From: Glarea lozoyensis ATCC 20868 | Lineage: Eukaryota | NCBI GenBank assembly: GCA_000409485.1 | Contig: KE145371.1 | Reading direction: 5' to 3' (one strand) | Length of the DNA stretch: 64,000 nt | In this document: positions 1 to 11,706 of the stretch, in pieces | Position numbering within the stretch: the first letter of the stretch is position 1 | How the letters are laid out: every line of letters starts with the position of its first letter | Made by a program: the position numbers and the translations under genes | The notes under the pieces: generated by a model | Told to the model about the DNA's origin: nothing | Database searches by the model: none | What the model saw: only the letters and a program-made list of their open reading frames with translations

Positions 1-405
1 TGTGCTCTGCTACCATACTTTTCTTTGGAAAAGTTTCAGCTATTTTCTCCTAACTAACTCTTTTCTGAGCCATTGGCGTCAGTGCTGATGTGGCGGTGCA
101 TTTCTTTGAATGAAATACTTCAGCTTTATCTAAGAACCGGCAAGTTTGCAATCTGCAACAACCGTGCTGATGTGGTGGCACACTCTTTCTCAGCTTTCCA
201 ACTCAAAGAAGACATTTTTGAGTCACTTGTATCTGTGCTGATGTAGTGATACAACTTATCTGAAAGACTTCAGCCATATAGCTCAAATTATGGAATTCCG
301 GGTTGTTATTATCTGTGCTGGTGGTTCATAAATATATTGGCTTGGAAACTGCTCAGCTGCCCTGATCAAACAACACAAATTCAGGTGGTTTATGACAGTT
401 CTGCT
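1..405. repeat. Degenerate ~80-bp tandem repeat, at least 5 units, probably continuing left of the window
   Basis: GTGCT(GATGTRG) core at 2, 82, 164, 235, 315 (weaker at 398). A second (T/C)TCAGC core recurs at 35, 119, 189, 269, 352. Spacings are 70-84 bp. Confidence 0.6.
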
Positions 406-1248
406 AATTCGGCTGAAGATGCTTCGATATCTGCAAGTATCCGAGACATAGACGAAAGAAACGCGGAAGCTTGAATCATTACGAGGAAACAGCATGACAT
501 CTGGCGGGTGGGGCCTGGTACCCCCTGAATGCCAGAGCAGGCAGATTGTCGAATGACATTATTTCAGCTGGGATTGCAAACTGCTCAGAACATAGTGGTC
601 GTGTTCGCGGGCTCTTGGAAAAGATCTGATGGCCTGACGAAGGTTATGATCTTGATGCACACGTTCAAAACGACGCTTTGCATATCTGTCTAATGTTACA
701 TCCCTACTGGTAGCTCATTGTCTCGCCTCGCGATGGAGCATAATTAAAGGCAGGTGGAATTTAACGTTTTATTGGTCTGATTGACAGAATATCTTGCATA
801 CTATTATCAAGGTAAATAAATGAGATTATGTGAGACTCTACTTTTGAATTCTGATTAGCTTAGCAAGTTCTTAGAATTCTGACTATACTATTATCAACCT
901 ATAAACTACCAGGGAGTACTGGAGAGTGCTGCCATCTGTTTTTCCACTGCGAGCCTTGCTAAACCTGTCGCCAATTACTTCCTGGAAATATCAAGTTTTT
1001 GCAGGAATGGCAAAAGCAATGGTGATTTTTGTGTTTATGCTGAAATGGGTCAGACGTTGGTTTTTCCAGGAAACCGTTTCTGACAATGATGGCAAAATTG
1101 TTAAACATTCGTATTTTCATAAACTCCAAAACTCCACACCGGCATTTGTCCAATTTCTTTGCATCGCATACTAAATGCCTTCTATCTCCTACATATTTTC
1201 GACAGCCACAGACCTCACCTGAAAAACATGTCTCTCATCTTTCGGACT

Positions 1249-3092
1249 CTATGCTCTAAAATCAAACTTTCCTACTCCTTTGCAGACCACTTCAATGCAA
1301 TAATTTTGCTTTCTCCACTTCTTGTCCAAAGTCACGTACAGTTCCCAAACAGCAATGCCAGGACATTTTCCAGGGTTCAGTTTGAATTGCTCCAATGAGG
1401 AGGCTTTATGTCCGGTGCCTTTCTTGCAAACAAAAAGGTGGTGGGCTGCCACCTGATCCCCACTGCTGAAGTTCCAGGTAGTAGTACCAGTCGAATCCTA
1501 TCAGTTGTAAGTACTTGACTCGATATCAGGGGACATTATCTCGCTTACCTTCCATTGTATGGCACCTGTAGAGGACCCATCGGAAAGACCAAGTTGTGAA
1601 TCCGTCACAAACACTTTGTCCGATTGTCTAGTGAGATATAGGCGGTGTCCTCGCAGGGTTGCGAGGGCGCTTGTTAGATTGTCAGACCTGGTAATTCTGT
1701 GAAAGACCTTTCTTTCCAAAAGGGATACTAGTATCACTTGAAAGGGTTCTTGTTTACATGCCCGTTTTGGAGACAGAATACAAGAAGTTATGCTACATGA
1801 AAGTCTTGAAATGAAAAGTGCTCTGAACTTACGAGTCAACCGGAGAAGGGAGAACTCTGATCTCACACTTCGAATACCGCATTCTCAGATAGTTAATTGC
1901 ATATACCATTGTGCCTCCTCCACCACAGAGAGCAATGACACCCTACAGTTCGTCGTAATTAGTTCCTAACTCAACGTGTGATAAGTAATGATACTTACTG
2001 GTGAAGTAGCTTTATGGACAGCCAATTTCTTGAGCTTATGCAGCCCTTGGTCAATTTCAAGCACAAGGGCATCGAGAAATTGTTGGAAGAATGTTACCAT
2101 AAGGTTACTGTTTCACCATTAGTACCATGAAGAAAATAGTATTGAAGAACCCTGACCTGGGAACTCTCATGGTGTATCCCTCAATTGAAATCCCGCTGGA
2201 AGGCAAAATGGCTTTGCTGAGATCGTACTCAACTTGTATTGAAACTTCTGATACGGCATCAGAAGAGTATCGAGCCTCTTCCCACTGAGAGCTTCTGACA
2301 ATATCTGATGCGATTTTCTCCAATTCGAGAGATTTGCTGCTACCCTCGTAAGTGGAAGAATCCATAACACCAACTTTGAAAGCTTTGTCAATTTTGCAGA
2401 CGCCAGCGGTGCCACCTGTTAGGTCGTTGTGATAAATAGGAAAGACTTCATCGTCTTTGCCTATCATCAAGGCGGTATCCATTGTGGCTCCCCCAATATC
2501 GCAGGTTATTACCCAAGCACTATCGAACACAAATTGGTTCCTGAGATATTCGCAACTGGTTGTGGCCTCTGTTTGTTCCACGATAACCTTGCTTCGTGGT
2601 AGCAGACCTTGCAAAACTCTAGACGCGAGCACCCTAAAGTTCCGTTGGATAGGCTCGGTCCATGAGCCTGGTGTTGTGAGATGCCATTCGACATCAAGTA
2701 TTTCTCGTGTAGTGTTTTCGACATTTTCGATTTCCTCCAAGACGTGATTGCAGAAATGGTGAAGGTAATCCGATATCAACTTGCAGACCTCTACCAAACG
2801 GGTGCTATCTGTTCTCGTTGTGGAAAATTCGCCTTTGAAGAGTTCCTGGATCCTTTGCCCGCTTTTACAGCCATCACCGAAGGCAATGACTTTACCATCC
2901 TCTTCGTATGCCAGGCGTGTTGGTATCTTACCGATCAGACCCCCTTTAACCAGTGATTTTGGGTCTTTTATGAGTTGAAACCATTCTGCTGCTGAATCAA
3001 TCTTTTGGTTAGTTTCAGTCAAAACCAAAAACTGCGAAGATGTGCTTACCAGATCCGGTCATACCGAAATCTATAGTGATGATAACTTCCAT
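1249..3092 (-). CDS. Divergent Hsp70/HSPA12-like actin-fold ATPase (multi-exon; 3' end uncertain)
   Basis: Exon 1 (3092-3050) reads MEVIITIDFGMTGS, a phosphate-1-like motif, followed by a GTAAGC intron. ORF 2105-3028 has WHLTTPGSW, EQTEA and CDIGGATMD (phosphate-2). A later exon near 1940-1835 reads GVIALCGGGG (adenosine motif). Further GT-AG exons run to the stop of ORF 1249-1452. Confidence 0.7.
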
Positions 3093-3933
3093 TTTGATGA
3101 AGATGATCAAGTGAGTTGATTGCAGAGGTTCTGTGCTTACTCTTGCATATATTCAGGAAAACCTTCGCTCCTTTCTTGCTGTTGCATAGTCTCACTAGTA
3201 GGTTCTCAACCCCAGAACGGGCATTGCTTAACGCCAAATACGATACATCGCGAGGGGCTGAGGCCGAAAGAAAGCGTCCCGAAACATACTTCCCGATGTA
3301 TTCTCTAGATCATAACTATTGCCCTATGATGTGTGTCGTGGCAATCTCCTCCAAAGTTTGCGTCTCGGATACTTAGCCGAGACAAACGTTACAAACGACT
3401 CTTACTGTGGGTTGTGACCTATCTTGAAATCCGATTTCTTGAAGACAACAGTAGTTTGAGCTAAATCTCAGCTAGGAATTGAATGTGCATCGTTTTGATC
3501 GACGAGATATTGAGATGTTGCACCAGGAGATCACCTCTGGAAGTTCAAAAGCTGAGAGCAAAGTATGTCCAGAAAGAGGCGTGCGAGATCCAACTCTGGC
3601 GAAAGACAGCAGTCGGTGGCTTGCCGAAACCTGGCCTGCTTAAGGTGCCAACGGATGAGGCATTATCATGTGGAATGTTGAGACACTTCCACAACAACAA
3701 ACGGAAATTCTGCTTTCATCGGGTTTGATTCCTTTGGTCAAATTCTACCAATTTTAAAGCGGTTAATTATACGAGGATATACAAAGAAAGCTGAACCAAT
3801 CACGGCATATGGAAGAGAGGCGTCGTTCTTTGTTATGGCTTGAAATAAAACTGCATTCCATACCCCAGCTACAGTGGAACTTTTCTTTCAAAAACATTCT
3901 CAAGCTCGTTTCGCCCCAAAAACAACTCTCAAC

Positions 3934-4952
3934 ATGCAATCGCTCTCGGTGGTGCTTCTGGCAACTCTGCTTCCAACCTTATTGACCATTCTGATCTTAA
4001 GTTGCCTTTCGATATACTTGTTTGCCCAGCTCCGGGCCTCCACTTTGAAGGCATCAACGGCAGAAATCCTCCCTGCCGTGGAAGAACCAGAGCCAGAGCA
4101 GCTACGAATCGTGGAAATTTTTAACCCAGACAAACGTCATTTTCTGGGATACACACTATTCTTCAAACCTTGGGAAGGAGCACCTTTCAATATAGATAAT
4201 AGAGAATGGTTTTCCCAACCTATGACGTTTTGGGAGATGGCAACCGACCGGGAATCTTCCATCTCAGACTGGGATGATACTGAAGTGGGCGAGGCTTTAA
4301 AAGCTTTAGGTTACGAAGTAATGCCTGCAGCATCAGTTTTAAGCCTCCTCCGAAATCCCAAAAGAAGGAAATGGATTTTGGAGCATGTCATATACGATGT
4401 TGTCTTCCGAAGAACTTCTCTCGAAGGAGACCCTCACGAGAGTTATCTCCCATTTACTGTCCAGCAACATGAAGACTTGAGAGCATACTTCGACTCGTTG
4501 AAAAACGTAAAGTGTATGTCTCAAAATCCATAGAGCCTTCTAGCTTGGTTCACCACTAATTTTGGTTAGTCTCGCCTGATGTAGCCACCGAACTCGCAAA
4601 GCTACCATTCACACTCGCCAGAGCAGAAAACTTGCCGCACGCAAACATCAAAAAACTCATCCATTCCATGAGCATTCTATGTCGACCTTATTCAGATTCG
4701 CGTTTCTGGGATCTAGGTACAGATGGTGAATCTTATCTCCGTCACGGTAACATGGTTCGCGATTTGGTTGAGTGGCTGTATGTGCGGATTGTATTTATGA
4801 TGCAATTCCAAAAGTACGAGTTTCGGTTGCCGGAGAGTACGGAAGAAACGTTTTGCGTGCGAGCCGAAGTATGGACATACATTGACGAAGACGGCACCGT
4901 CTTAGAGGAGAAAAGAATATGTCGGCGTGCCATATATATTGATCGTGATTGA
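3934..4952 (+). CDS. Hypothetical protein with N-terminal signal anchor/TM helix (2 exons)
   Basis: ATG 3934 (MQSLSVVLLATLLPTLLTILILSCLSIYLF). Intron 4514-4569 (GTATGT..CTAAT..TAG) joins ORF 3874-4533 in frame to ORF 4632-4952. Confidence 0.7.
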
Positions 4953-5173
4953 GAGAGGTTGGCGCCTGCCAGCTGGCCAGACAAAGGGGCCCATACTAGT
5001 CTGAAATGCGGACATGCCGTCGACAGTTTGTGTGGAACGGTTGCATGGGGTTTTGTTTTTATGTCGTCTTCGAATTATTCTGTCGGAATCATATAGTGCT
5101 CTACTTAATTTCAAACATCTGTTTTTCTTGACATGAAAAATCTCATTGAAATGCTTATGATGCATACAAGCTG

Positions 5174-6018
5174 TCATACCGTTTTCCCTCGACCGGGTGC
5201 ATTCTCAAAAGCTGTTCTCCACCGATCTTCTTGTTTGAATAAAACAACAGCTTCCATCGCGCTTGGTGCGCCGTGCTCTGGGTCGGCCTCTCCTTCTAAT
5301 AAAGCCTATGCCGATGTTGTGAGCTTTCATTGTCTCAAACATTATTCCCTCTGCATGCTTCCCCCTTCTTCAAGGCCAAGAGCGTTGAGACGAAGCAAAA
5401 CCAAGAACGTGCAACGAGACGAGGCCTCCAAAGTATGAAACGAGAATAGCGAATGAACTTACTTCAATAACATCTGCTTCACCCTTGAACACGGCACCAG
5501 CAAGAGGCGATTGGCCTCTATCGTTCAAAGAATTCGGGTTTGCCCCGTGTTGGAGGAGCAGTCTTACAAGCGGTGCGTGGCCATGGTACGATGCAAGCAT
5601 GATCTACCACACGTATTAGCTTCCAAGTGCCTCTGCTGGTAACCCATTTGAGATTTTAACTATCGTTCCATCTTAAACGCTCCCTACACATGAACGGACA
5701 GACACCAAGATAGTACTAAACTTCAAAATTGCAAAGGGTCACGAATGTTTGGAATGAGCCACATCCTCCCCCAGCAATACCAATGATTGTTTGTGTTCGT
5801 TTCCAGGCTTACGACAGAAGAATGTAAACACTCACCAGACTATCCCCCTTTTCGTTGGTCATATTGGCGGGCAAGCCAGCAGGTAAGGCTTGTTCAAAAA
5901 TATCCACTTGTCCGGTTCGTGCAGCATCGTACATTCTTGTGGCAAAAGCTATGGCTTCTGGTGGGAGTTGCGATGCTGTCGTATTGCCGTTGGTGCCATT
6001 TGTACCGTTGGAGGCCAT
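5174..6018 (-). CDS. Small ankyrin-repeat protein (3 exons)
   Basis: YDAARTG..NEKGDSL|IMLASYHGHAPLVRLLLQHGANPNSLNDRGQSPLAGAVFKG..|ALLEGEADP..GKTV*. Ankyrin consensus; GTGAGT and GTAAGT donors. Confidence 0.9.
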
Positions 6019-6558
6019 TGCGATATAATGGATTGAATGATATGAGGCTGAATCCGAAGGTGGTTGTTGAGGTCAGAATGTTTCCATGCGGGTGGGTGAG
6101 TGTGGGGTAGTTTTAAGATGTCATGCTAGCGAGTGGTGATGCGATTATAGTATGAGTGTCGATCTACAGTGATTGTATAGTTCTTGATGCTACTATGCCG
6201 GGTAAATAAAGCACCTCCACGTTAGAGCGGAAAAAGGCCTATTTTTGAATAGATAATCGAGGTATGTAATTCAGCATCTGAGGACATTCACAGCTAATAT
6301 TATTCACCTTTCACTATTTTGCTTGATCTTTACGTATCGGCCCTGTTTGATATCTCATCGTGGCAAGCCGCTGAACTTATTTACAACACCACAGAACGTT
6401 ACGTCTTCCCGCTGTCTTCCGCTCTGGTCTCATCCATCGAACTGTCACGCACCGCAAATTTGATCAGGACGTCCAAGTCAAGCTCTTCGACACTTCGAGC
6501 GATTTGACTCGTAAACCCAGCTTCTTGAACTCGACGCCCTCACGGTGTGAAGTTCTAT

Positions 6559-7634
6559 TCAGCGCCCTGTGAATATCGGCTTCCGCTTCTCCGCAAATGC
6601 TTTCAAAGCCTCGTTCCTATCTTCCGTCTTCACAACGCCATCATACATTGCATTCTCTGCAGCTGCTGGGTTCCCAGGGGAAGTCATCTTTCCGCTTACG
6701 GCAAACAACGCACTTCTGACCGCTGTTGGAGCACCCGCACAAATTTCCCCAGCGAGTTTTATCGCTTCTCGAAGCACCTCGTCGCCCGCTCTTTTCATCA
6801 GTTGTTCTTGTGCTTCCCCATCTTCCGGTACCACTTCCACTAGACGGTCTGCAATACCGAGAAAATAGGCCTCCGCAGCACTTACTCGCCGGCCAGTGAG
6901 GATAAGATCTCGCGCGCGGGATACCCCAATGAGAGCTGGTAGCCGGTATGTACCGCCCGCTCCAGGTATTATACCAAGCCGCGTCTCGGGAAGTGCGACT
7001 TGGGCGGTTGACGCAAGCACACGAAAGTGTGTGCACAACCCAAGCTCAAGACCCCCACCCAGGGCAAGAGATGATATCGCACTAATCGTGGGTATTGGTA
7101 GATCTGCGAGCTTCGCGAAGGTTTGTCGCAGGTTCGAGAGGAAATCCTGTGTTCTGTTTGCGCCTCAGTAAAGCTGGAAACGTGAAACAAGAGCGTCCCC
7201 AGTCGCAGTACGTACTCAGACTCACTCATCCCTTTCCGCTCTTTCAAATCCGCTCCAGCACAGAAACAGGAATCGACCTCACTGGCCAGGATCACCGCAC
7301 GCGTAGGAGCTTTTGCGTCGACGCCAGCAGCACCTCCGAATCTCTGCTGTTGGGGAACCTCAACGGAGGCCCCAAGGCCAGTTTTCGCAGCAGGGTTTAC
7401 GCGCTCATACTCGGAGTCGATGTCATGGACGGCATTCCTCAGCTCTTGAAGCAGTTGTCGTGAGATGGCATTTCGTGCTTCTGGTCGCGAGAGGGACAAA
7501 ATACGGATGCGTCCAGAACTCGGAGCTGGAATGTCGTGGATCTTGACCAAAGACGGAACCTGCGACGAGTACGCTCGTTGAAGATATCTCGACGAAACTC
7601 CTGTGGGCCGGGCCAAACTGAAAAGAGCACGCAT
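6559..7634 (-). CDS. Mitochondrial methylglutaconyl-CoA hydratase (AUH-like enoyl-CoA hydratase/crotonase)
   Basis: Arg/Ser-rich presequence MRALFSLARP; RPEARNAIS, FCAGADLKER, LPETRLGIIPGAGGTYRLP, AFAEKRKPIF; one intron near 7155-7215. Confidence 0.9.
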
Positions 7635-7706
7635 CTTGCGGTTGCGAGCACTCCTGGCTATGGGTTGCTTTGCGGGATGGTCACAATTCATACCTCGGCT
7701 GCTGGT

Positions 7707-7747
7707 AAGCCACGTGATGGCAGGGACTCTCGGTGGAAGCCACGTGA
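7707..7747. promoter_or_regulatory. Tandem RTCACGTG E-boxes in the AUH/HET divergent promoter
   Basis: AAGCCACGTGA occurs at 7707-7717 and 7737-7747, exactly 30 bp apart. Confidence 0.5.
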
Positions 7748-7871
7748 CCCGTGAGATCCTCAGCTGTTCCGTTGCTCGCTCCCGTCTCTTCTTTCTCAGC
7801 TGTTTTATTGTTCAGCCGCAATTCTTGCAAGTGCAAGCATTGCGCAACTCTCCAAGCAGTTGCACCAAAGC

Positions 7872-9981
7872 ATGTCTGCAATTCCTTACCACGAGCTTCA
7901 GCGCGCCAGAAGAGAAATCAGACTCATCGTCCTCGAAGATGCGCCTAAACTCGCTAAATTAAGGAGTGCTACTCCTCCGCCGCTGAAATGCACCATAATT
8001 CACTCGTCCCTTGATGATTTCACTTCCCAGACAACTCCATCTTCTATGTGGCAAGGCTTGAGGCAAAGACCTCACCTCAAATATTTTGCCCTCTCGTACG
8101 TCTGGGGCGATCCCGATCCTACCTGCGAACTCGGTATCAACGGTGTTCAGGCGAAGATCACCAAAAGCTTGTCTGACGCACTGCATTCGATTCGAGACCA
8201 CACTGACTTTCGAGTCATCTGGGCAGACGCAGTTTGTATTAATCAGAACGATAACATCGAGAAGAGCTGGCAGGTTCAGCAAATGACGAGCACATACAAG
8301 TATGCAGACAGGGTTATCGCTTGGTTAGGGCCAGCGTCGCCAGACAGTGATCTCGCCATGGCTACTCTGCAGTCAGTACATCGCCAAATAAGAAAGATGA
8401 GCTTCAGCAAGGCTAGACGTTATGAGGTGCCCTCTGTATGGGCTCACCGGCAAATGCAGCAGTCGCTAGATAAGTTCTTCTCAAAACGTATTAAGGAATT
8501 CGCAGCAATTGCCGAGCTGTGGATCAGGCCATATTGGACGCGGATCTGGATCATCCAAGAGATCGCTGTCTCCCGTAAAACTATTTTTCTCTGCGGCTCA
8601 AGTCAAGCTGAAGACGTCGAAGTTGCCCTCCTTGCGATTTCAGAGTTCGCTAGCCTTAAAGTGTACAAGAAAACCGACGAGTCGAAAGCCATGACGATGG
8701 GTGACATCTATCTCATCAATCGGCAGCCGGAATTCTTGGTGGTGACAAAGATGGCTGAGCAACTAGAACATCACAATCTTTATCAATTGCTATTTTACGC
8801 TCATGGAGGTTCCCATGACTACCAAGCTTTTAATCCTAGAGATTATGTATACGGGCTTCTAGGCTTAGCAACAGACCAGCAGTCGCTAGGTATTGTAGCT
8901 GATTATGATAAATCCCCACAGTTGATCTATAAGGATGTTGTCCGGAGAGTAGTCAAATCTGGCTACACTGATATACTCGCGTTGGCTGTTTCGGAAAAGA
9001 ATATACCAGATCTGCCATCGTGGGTACCAGATTTCTCTAACCTTGGGCATGTCTTCTTCTGCACTTACAACACTGCTCAGATCGAAAAAGCTGAAGACCC
9101 ACTCGTCCCGTACTTTCCAGTCACTGAGGAGACGGACGGTCTAGCAATACGAGGCTCAACTGTCGGCATTATTACTAAACTAGCACCAGAACCTGATTTC
9201 AATGAGGGCGACGGATCTCTTGCCTCGTTGCTGCAAGTATGCGACCTTTTCCCTTGTTCTCTCTTCTAAGCTCTGGCTCCAAGTGGCTGTGAAAGTGTTT
9301 CATTCTTAGACACTCCTCTTTCCTCCTGAAACATACAAATATTCATATGCTAACTTCCTGGAGTGGTTAGTAGCCATTGAGATGGAGTTGCTTCTTAATC
9401 TAGTCGAGGAACGCGAACATTTCTGGATCAATCCACTTCCGATAGTTCTGGGAACTCCAAGAAGTGTCCAGGATAGGGGACGATTAGCTAGATCTTTGTT
9501 TGCCAACATGGATCCTTCAACGGGTATAACCATCAGCGACCCACGTCACGCCGAAATGTATTATCTGATAGTTAGATCTTTCACGAACAACCCCGCAGGA
9601 TTAGAATCTAGGCTCAACAATGCGGAGAGACTTGGTGATGCCGATGCTATAGCAACGGGAATGTACCTCAGTGGTGTCATGCAGCATGCCCTCAAAGGAT
9701 GCCGTGTATATCGGCTGGATACTGGTCATATTGGACTGGCGTCCCCGGGATGTCAAGTTGGTGACAAGGTGGTTGAATTTCCCGGGGGTTCATTTCCCTT
9801 TGTAATTCGAAAGAATGAGAACGACGTTGCATACCTTCCAAAGCCGGAAAATATAGACGACTCTTCCATTCCCAATTTTGCCATCCAGACCTCCAAACTG
9901 GTTGGTATGGCGTTTCTTGATTGGATGCGGTATTGGAAACTTAGTGGTAAGGTAACGGAGGAGCCGTTCATTCTTCGCTAA
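7872..9981 (+). CDS. HET-domain (HET-6-like) heterokaryon incompatibility protein (2 exons)
   Basis: EIRLIVL, YFALSYVWGD, IWADAVCINQND..EKSWQVQQM..Y..A..V..WLG, PYWTRIWIIQE, RDYVYGLLG, LPSWVPD and C-terminal GHIGL..GDKV..GGSFPFVIR. Intron 9237-9309 restores the frame into ORF 9382-9981. Confidence 0.92.
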
Positions 9982-11706
9982 CAACAAGGGTACTCAGCCT
10001 AATGTTCCTTCTTAGCTGAGAAATCTTCATGATAGTGATGCTCACTTTGCGGCGATGCCCGAGAATTATTTACTATTATATACACTTCTTAATACTGTTA
10101 AACATGGTATTTCTGTGTATTCGTTTCAATCAAAGTATATTTACCACTCCTGGCCATAATACCGCTCACACCACTTCATTGCACAATTGAGATTATAGTC
10201 GTCGCCTAGAACCCTAAGCGAGGCCCTCGTCAACCCTAACACTTATGAGTTGAGCGAGCAGATCTCCAAAATAGCCCCGTAGCAGACCCGATGAAGGGTT
10301 TCTGCTAATCGAGCGTAGCTTGTAAGTTCTCGTGCCCTGGCATGAAGCCCACCTGCTCGATCTGTATGTTATTAAGAAAAAGCTGCTGCTAAAACAGCGA
10401 CGCTGAAAATTGCAATTGGGCTCGAGAAATGCATAATAGTGACTAAAGTAAAGGACTGTGTGTATAACATTAATATTCGTCCCGCGAAGGCCAATTCACA
10501 ATTTCCTTTAGTAATATGGATGGAAGGATAAAAGAGGAGTGAGATAAGATTGATCACTTTATAGAAAACCTGCTATCCTATTCTATTGTCGATGAGTAGA
10601 GTGCTAGTTCCCTTCATTGCTTGTAGAAAAAAGATAGGTGAGTGTGAGATCCATCACGAAAGCCCAAATTATCATTCCTAGCAATAGCAACTAACAATTC
10701 ATTTTAAAAGCCACGCTCAAGCTCTTTGCTTCTGAGCACGAAGGTTTGGAATATGGGGTACTATAAACTAGCAGAAGGAAGAAAACAATTCTCGCTTAAT
10801 TCTGCCAGGACCTTGTTCCAACTATTGAGTGGCCGAGGAGTACGATAAAGGCATGCCGATACTTATGTGGCATGGCACTTTTGAATATATATTGGTTCCT
10901 GTGAGATTTGAGGTACGGTACTATGGGGCACGTTATCATCTTGGTTTGTGTGCCAATCAACAGGTCGAGCAGTCTGGAGTCGATGTAGAGTTCTTAACTT
11001 GTCAGGCGAAGGATGTTGAAACAAGCCGCTGGAAAACATGTCACCGACTCGTTTTGAGACCAGGTTGAGGCAAGTGTGAGTCTACCAATCTAGATCTTCA
11101 GGTTTTGGATTGGTTGATTGATACCGAGGAGATTGTGTGAGCTGCCTTTTGTGATGAGCCGAGCTGGATTGTCTCTCTTGCTGTTTTCTTTGTCTTATTA
11201 TTATTATCAGAAACTTAAAAATACTGACGCGAGGCTTCTCTTGTCAGAGACGCCGACATTATTGAATCGGCATCGTAGGTACTTCGAAATAGTTATAAAA
11301 GCGCACGCTGCTTAGTTAAATGACATGACCATCGCGTGGTTACAACCTCCGCTACGCAGATTACTTAATTCAAGTTCATTCTTAAGGAATCAGAGACGTC
11401 TCCAATAGGCTATATCGTTTAATTTCGTGATTGAATTGTGAGGTTTTGGCCACTCGATTTTACGTGATTGATTCCGTTCACTGATAATTTTCGGGCAAAA
11501 TTCTGGGGATGCAACTCTTCAAATAAATTATCATTTGATCATAAGGGTATTCGAATCAAATCTGATGGAATGACAAAATGGATCATGAGGAATTCAACCA
11601 TGTTTGCCCGATTCGGTCAGATCGTAGCTCAAAGGTCGCATAAATACCAAGCTCAGAAATTTTTCTTCTGAATCATGAGGAACACCCACCATTGCATCCA
11701 CATTAG

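Noticed and set aside
798..897. Short direct repeats (ATACTATTATCAA x2, GAATTCTGA x2) as a transposon end
   Set aside because: AT-rich, with no terminal inverted repeats, LTR or transposase nearby.
10209..10240. Two AACCCTAA motifs as interstitial telomere repeats
   Set aside because: Non-tandem single units, too short to support a call.
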